Below, in pieces: positions 60,894-64,000 of a DNA stretch of 64,000 nt. Made by a program: the position numbers and the translations under genes. This stretch comes from an uncultured Acidobacteriota bacterium. Its GTDB lineage: Bacteria; Acidobacteriota; Terriglobia; Acidiferrales; UBA7541. Under the pieces are notes generated by a model. It had not been told where the DNA came from. It saw only the letters and a program-made list of their open reading frames with translations, and did no database searches. Position 1 is the stretch's first letter, and each line of letters opens with the position of its first letter. The stretch is taken from assembly GCA_963753205.1 (NCBI GenBank), contig CAVWBL010000009.1:244594-308593 (forward strand), in the 5' to 3' direction.

Positions 60894-62420
60894 ATGCAAA
60901 CGGAGAAGACAACACCAAGAGAATTGACCCCGGCGGATTACCTCGCGATGCTGCGCCGGCACTGGGCTTTGATTCTGATCTTCACGATTCTGGGCCCGCC
61001 GATTGGCTACGGCGCTGCCAAGGTAATACCGCCCAAGTATAAGTCCGAGACTGTGGTGCTGGTTGAGCAGCCAAGTGTGCCGCGCACCATCCTGGCTCAG
61101 TTGGATACCACGAGCATGAACCAGCAGCTCGCCAGCCTGAAGCAACAAATTCTGAGCCGGACGAACCTCGAACGTATCATTCGCCAAAACGGTGTCTATG
61201 GCCAAGACTTAAACAAGAAGTCCATGGATGAACTAGTGGCACGTTTGCAGCTGGCGATTGACGTTACGCCGGTTCAGCCAATGCAAGACACGGGGAACGA
61301 TCTCGCTGGATTTACGATTAGCGTCACTTTGGGCGATCCACATACGGCACAGTCTGTGTGTGGGGAAATCGAACAGATGTTTATCGCACAGAGTTTGGGA
61401 AATCAGCAGCAGAGGTCGCAAAATACCACGCAATTTTTGAGCGAACAATTGAGTGACGCCAAAAATACCCTGGACGCCCAGGACGCCAAGCTGGCGGCAT
61501 TCAAACTGAAGAATGCGGGCTCGCTCCCGGAAGACAAGCAATCGAATCTTAACCTCTTGGCCAGTCTGACTTCTCAGAATGACGCCGCCAGCGAAGCCCT
61601 GAACCGCGCCCAGCAAGATAAGCGGTTCGCCGAGTCGATGCTTGAACAGCAACTCGCGGCATGGAAATCGGGTCAGACCGGACAGAATCCGGATACACTT
61701 GAACAGCAGCTCAACGCACTCCAAGCACAACTCACTAGTCTCGAAGGAAAGTACACCGATGACTATCCGGATGTTGTGAAGACAAAGGCGGATATTGAGG
61801 TGCTGCAGAAAAAGATCGCTACCCAGAATAGTCAGTCGCAGGCCACAGCGATTGTGCCAAAAGCCGCCGCCGAGCCAGCGCAGGTTACGCAGTGGCGCGC
61901 CCAGATTCGTTCCGATGACGATGCGATCACCGCAAGGACCCGGGAACTCGAACAGATCCAAGACCAGATCAAGCAATGCCAAAATCGCATCCAGGCCAGT
62001 CCTGCCGTGGAGGAAGAATATACGGAATTGACGCGCGGCTATAACACCGATCTGGATTCATACAATACGCTTTTGAAGGATTACAACACATCGCAGATGT
62101 CAGGCGATCTGACGCGCGAGCAACAGGGCGAATATTTCAAAATGCTGGATGCCGCCAACTTGCCGAGTTCGCCCACGTTTCCTAAGCCTTCGTTCTTCAC
62201 GCTCGGTGGACTTGCCGGCGGCATGGGGCTCGGCATTGGTCTGGCGCTCTTGCTTGAGTTCAAGGACACATCCCTGAAATCGGAACGCGATGTGGAGTTC
62301 ACCCTACGGTTACCCGTTTTGGCCATGATCCCGGCGGTCGAGCCCATCGTAACGAAGAGGGCCATTCATCCGCCGTTGCACGCAACGACTACGGATGCAG
62401 GTCTGAGCCTGAGAGCCTGA
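60894..62420 (+). CDS. polysaccharide chain-length determinant (Wzz/GumC-like, PEP-CTERM-locus type)
   Basis: N-terminal TM (HWALILIFTILGPPIGYGAA), long coiled-coil periplasmic region, C-terminal TM (LGGLAGGMGLGIGLALLLEF). Confidence 0.85.
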   Translation: MQTEKTTPRELTPADYLAMLRRHWALILIFTILGPPIGYGAAKVIPPKYKSETVVLVEQPSVPRTILAQLDTTSMNQQLASLKQQILSRTNLERIIRQNGVYGQDLNKKSMDELVARLQLAIDVTPVQPMQDTGNDLAGFTISVTLGDPHTAQSVCGEIEQMFIAQSLGNQQQRSQNTTQFLSEQLSDAKNTLDAQDAKLAAFKLKNAGSLPEDKQSNLNLLASLTSQNDAASEALNRAQQDKRFAESMLEQQLAAWKSGQTGQNPDTLEQQLNALQAQLTSLEGKYTDDYPDVVKTKADIEVLQKKIATQNSQSQATAIVPKAAAEPAQVTQWRAQIRSDDDAITARTRELEQIQDQIKQCQNRIQASPAVEEEYTELTRGYNTDLDSYNTLLKDYNTSQMSGDLTREQQGEYFKMLDAANLPSSPTFPKPSFFTLGGLAGGMGLGIGLALLLEFKDTSLKSERDVEFTLRLPVLAMIPAVEPIVTKRAIHPPLHATTTDAGLSLRA

Positions 62421-62428
62421 GAATAGAC

Positions 62429-63376
62429 ATGTACCAGAGATTTTTTGGCTTACGCGAAAGCCCCTTCAATGTGAACCCGGACCCGCGCTATCTCTACCTC
62501 ACGCGGCATATTCAGGAAGCGCTTGCCGGATTGACTTACGGGATTCAGAACCGCAAGGGCTTTATTCTCCTTACCGGCGAAGTGGGTACGGGGAAGACCA
62601 CGCTCTTGAACAGGCTGCTTGATTGGCTTCGCGGGCAGAAGGTCGCGACAGCATTTATCTTCAATTCTCGCCTGGAAGTGAGTCATCTGTTCGACTTCAT
62701 GATGGCGGATTTTGAGATTCCCTACGAGTCTCGCGAGAAGAGCCAAGTGTTGCTGCGCCTGAATCAATGGCTGTTGGAGCGTTATCGGGCAGGCGAGACG
62801 GCCGTCCTCATTGTCGACGAGGCCCAGAATCTGTCCTCGGAGGTACTGGAGGAGATTCGACTGCTGACTAATCTCGAGACGTCAACAGAGAAATTGCTAC
62901 AAATTGTTTTGACGGGCCAACCAGAGCTCGAAGAAAAGCTAAAGGTGCCGCAATTGCGCCAGCTTCGGCAGAGGATCACGCTGAGATGCAGGACATCTCC
63001 TCTCTCGCTTGAGGAAACGTTTGGCTACATCGCGGAACGCTTGCGCATAGCGGGCGCTAACGGCGAGCCGATTTTCTCGAAAGAGGCCATCCAAACGGTG
63101 CATCTCTACTCGCGTGGCATTCCTCGCGTCGTAAACTTGCTTTGCGAGCATGCGATGATCAATGCTTACGTCGACAGCCTGCGGCCTGTGCCGGCTCATC
63201 TGGTGGAGGAGGTCGCAAGGGACTTCCAACTCGATGAGATTGCGCCGATTGCCGCTAACGGCTCGAATCACGCGGTCGGTGCAACAAACACTGAGGCTTT
63301 GCTCGAGAATCTCGACGAACTGGTGTCACGCCTACGTCAGGCCAATGCTTTGACTCCGCGCGAAAGGAAGCCATGA
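62429..63376 (+). CDS. ExeA/GspA-like AAA ATPase typical of PEP-CTERM EPS loci
   Basis: FGLRESPFNVNPDPRYLY, Walker A GEVGTGKTTL, Walker B LIVDEAQNL, GIPRVVNLLC. Confidence 0.85.
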   Translation: MYQRFFGLRESPFNVNPDPRYLYLTRHIQEALAGLTYGIQNRKGFILLTGEVGTGKTTLLNRLLDWLRGQKVATAFIFNSRLEVSHLFDFMMADFEIPYESREKSQVLLRLNQWLLERYRAGETAVLIVDEAQNLSSEVLEEIRLLTNLETSTEKLLQIVLTGQPELEEKLKVPQLRQLRQRITLRCRTSPLSLEETFGYIAERLRIAGANGEPIFSKEAIQTVHLYSRGIPRVVNLLCEHAMINAYVDSLRPVPAHLVEEVARDFQLDEIAPIAANGSNHAVGATNTEALLENLDELVSRLRQANALTPRERKP

Positions 63377-64000
63377 GTCGTATTCACGAGGCACTTAAGA
63401 AAGCGGAGCAGGAGCGAACGATAGGGCAAGGGATAGAGGGCGCATCTCCACTCGCCGCGAGTGTTCCGGCCGTAGACGGGCCGGACCCAGACACACCCGG
63501 ATTAGAACAGCACGAAGGAGCTGCCCATATTGCCGCCGGCACTGCACCCGTGATCATGCCGTTGTCTGCGCCTGCGCTCGATTACTTGAGATTTGATGAT
63601 TTGCGAAAAAAATGTGCGCATCCAGAATGGAACCTTGATCCAAACGTAAACGTCTTCGCAAATCCCGCTCTTAGCGAACACGGAGCTGAGCAGTTCCGTA
63701 CGTTACGCTCGCGGTTGTATCAGAGCCGGCACAACCAGCCGTTGCGAAGTTTGCTCGTCACGAGTTCGGTTCCTGGAGAAGGAAAAACCTTTGTAACTGT
63801 AAATCTGGCGCAGGCGATTGTCCGCCAGCCGGATAGGCGCGCGATCATTATCGACGCCGACCTGCGTTGTGCCCGCGTTCACACGCTTCTCGGAGCACCC
63901 CAGGCTCCCGGACTAACGGACTATTTGCGTGGCGAAGCCGACGAAACGTCAGTGATTCAGCACGGCCCCGAGGGAAATCTATGTTTGATCCCTGGAGGGA
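63373..64000 (+). CDS. exopolysaccharide tyrosine autokinase-like P-loop protein (3' end outside window)
   Basis: Not in the ORF track because there is no stop in the window. ATG 63373 overlaps the previous stop (ATGA). MSRIHEALKKAEQER..., LLVTSSVPGEGKTFVTVNLA, IIIDADLR. Confidence 0.8.
   Translation, partial: MSRIHEALKKAEQERTIGQGIEGASPLAASVPAVDGPDPDTPGLEQHEGAAHIAAGTAPVIMPLSAPALDYLRFDDLRKKCAHPEWNLDPNVNVFANPALSEHGAEQFRTLRSRLYQSRHNQPLRSLLVTSSVPGEGKTFVTVNLAQAIVRQPDRRAIIIDADLRCARVHTLLGAPQAPGLTDYLRGEADETSVIQHGPEGNLCLIPGG

Overview
This 64-kb chromosomal segment has moderately high GC (not computed). Its gene content looks like a soil Acidobacteriota (Terriglobia-like) genome; that assignment is an inference from gene families, not a search result.

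Layout:
- 1-3 kb: a PAS histidine kinase, a degenerate receiver and a FixJ-type regulator.
- 3-32 kb: a run of stress and redox operons. They include chloroperoxidase-type hydrolase, cupins, NDH-2, universal stress proteins, phosphoketolase, an M50/CBS protease, a P3A-type H+-ATPase, GlgX, a YflT-like protein, class II aldolase, quinone reductase, a DJ-1-family protein, a flavoprotein disulfide reductase, and EgtB/EgtD. Most are preceded by copies of one conserved ~30-nt ECF-promoter-like element, with 11-12 copies in the window.
- 33-41 kb: a decayed accessory patch. It holds two Fic systems, VapBC, DinB, and 5'-truncated head-to-head remnants of Pnkp and RtcR.
- 41-45 kb: DDAH-family enzyme, an APC permease and a CrtI-like oxidoreductase.
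- 45.6-57.6 kb: four secreted or surface proteins built from shared modules. Two are giant paralogs with a 1743-bp near-identical 3' end, and one carries an 1188-bp in-gene tandem repeat.
- 57.8-64 kb: the start of a PEP-CTERM-type exopolysaccharide export locus.

I found no rRNA, tRNA, CRISPR array, IS element or integrase. At least nine genes are interrupted by frameshifts, so either the region is decaying or the assembly carries indel errors.
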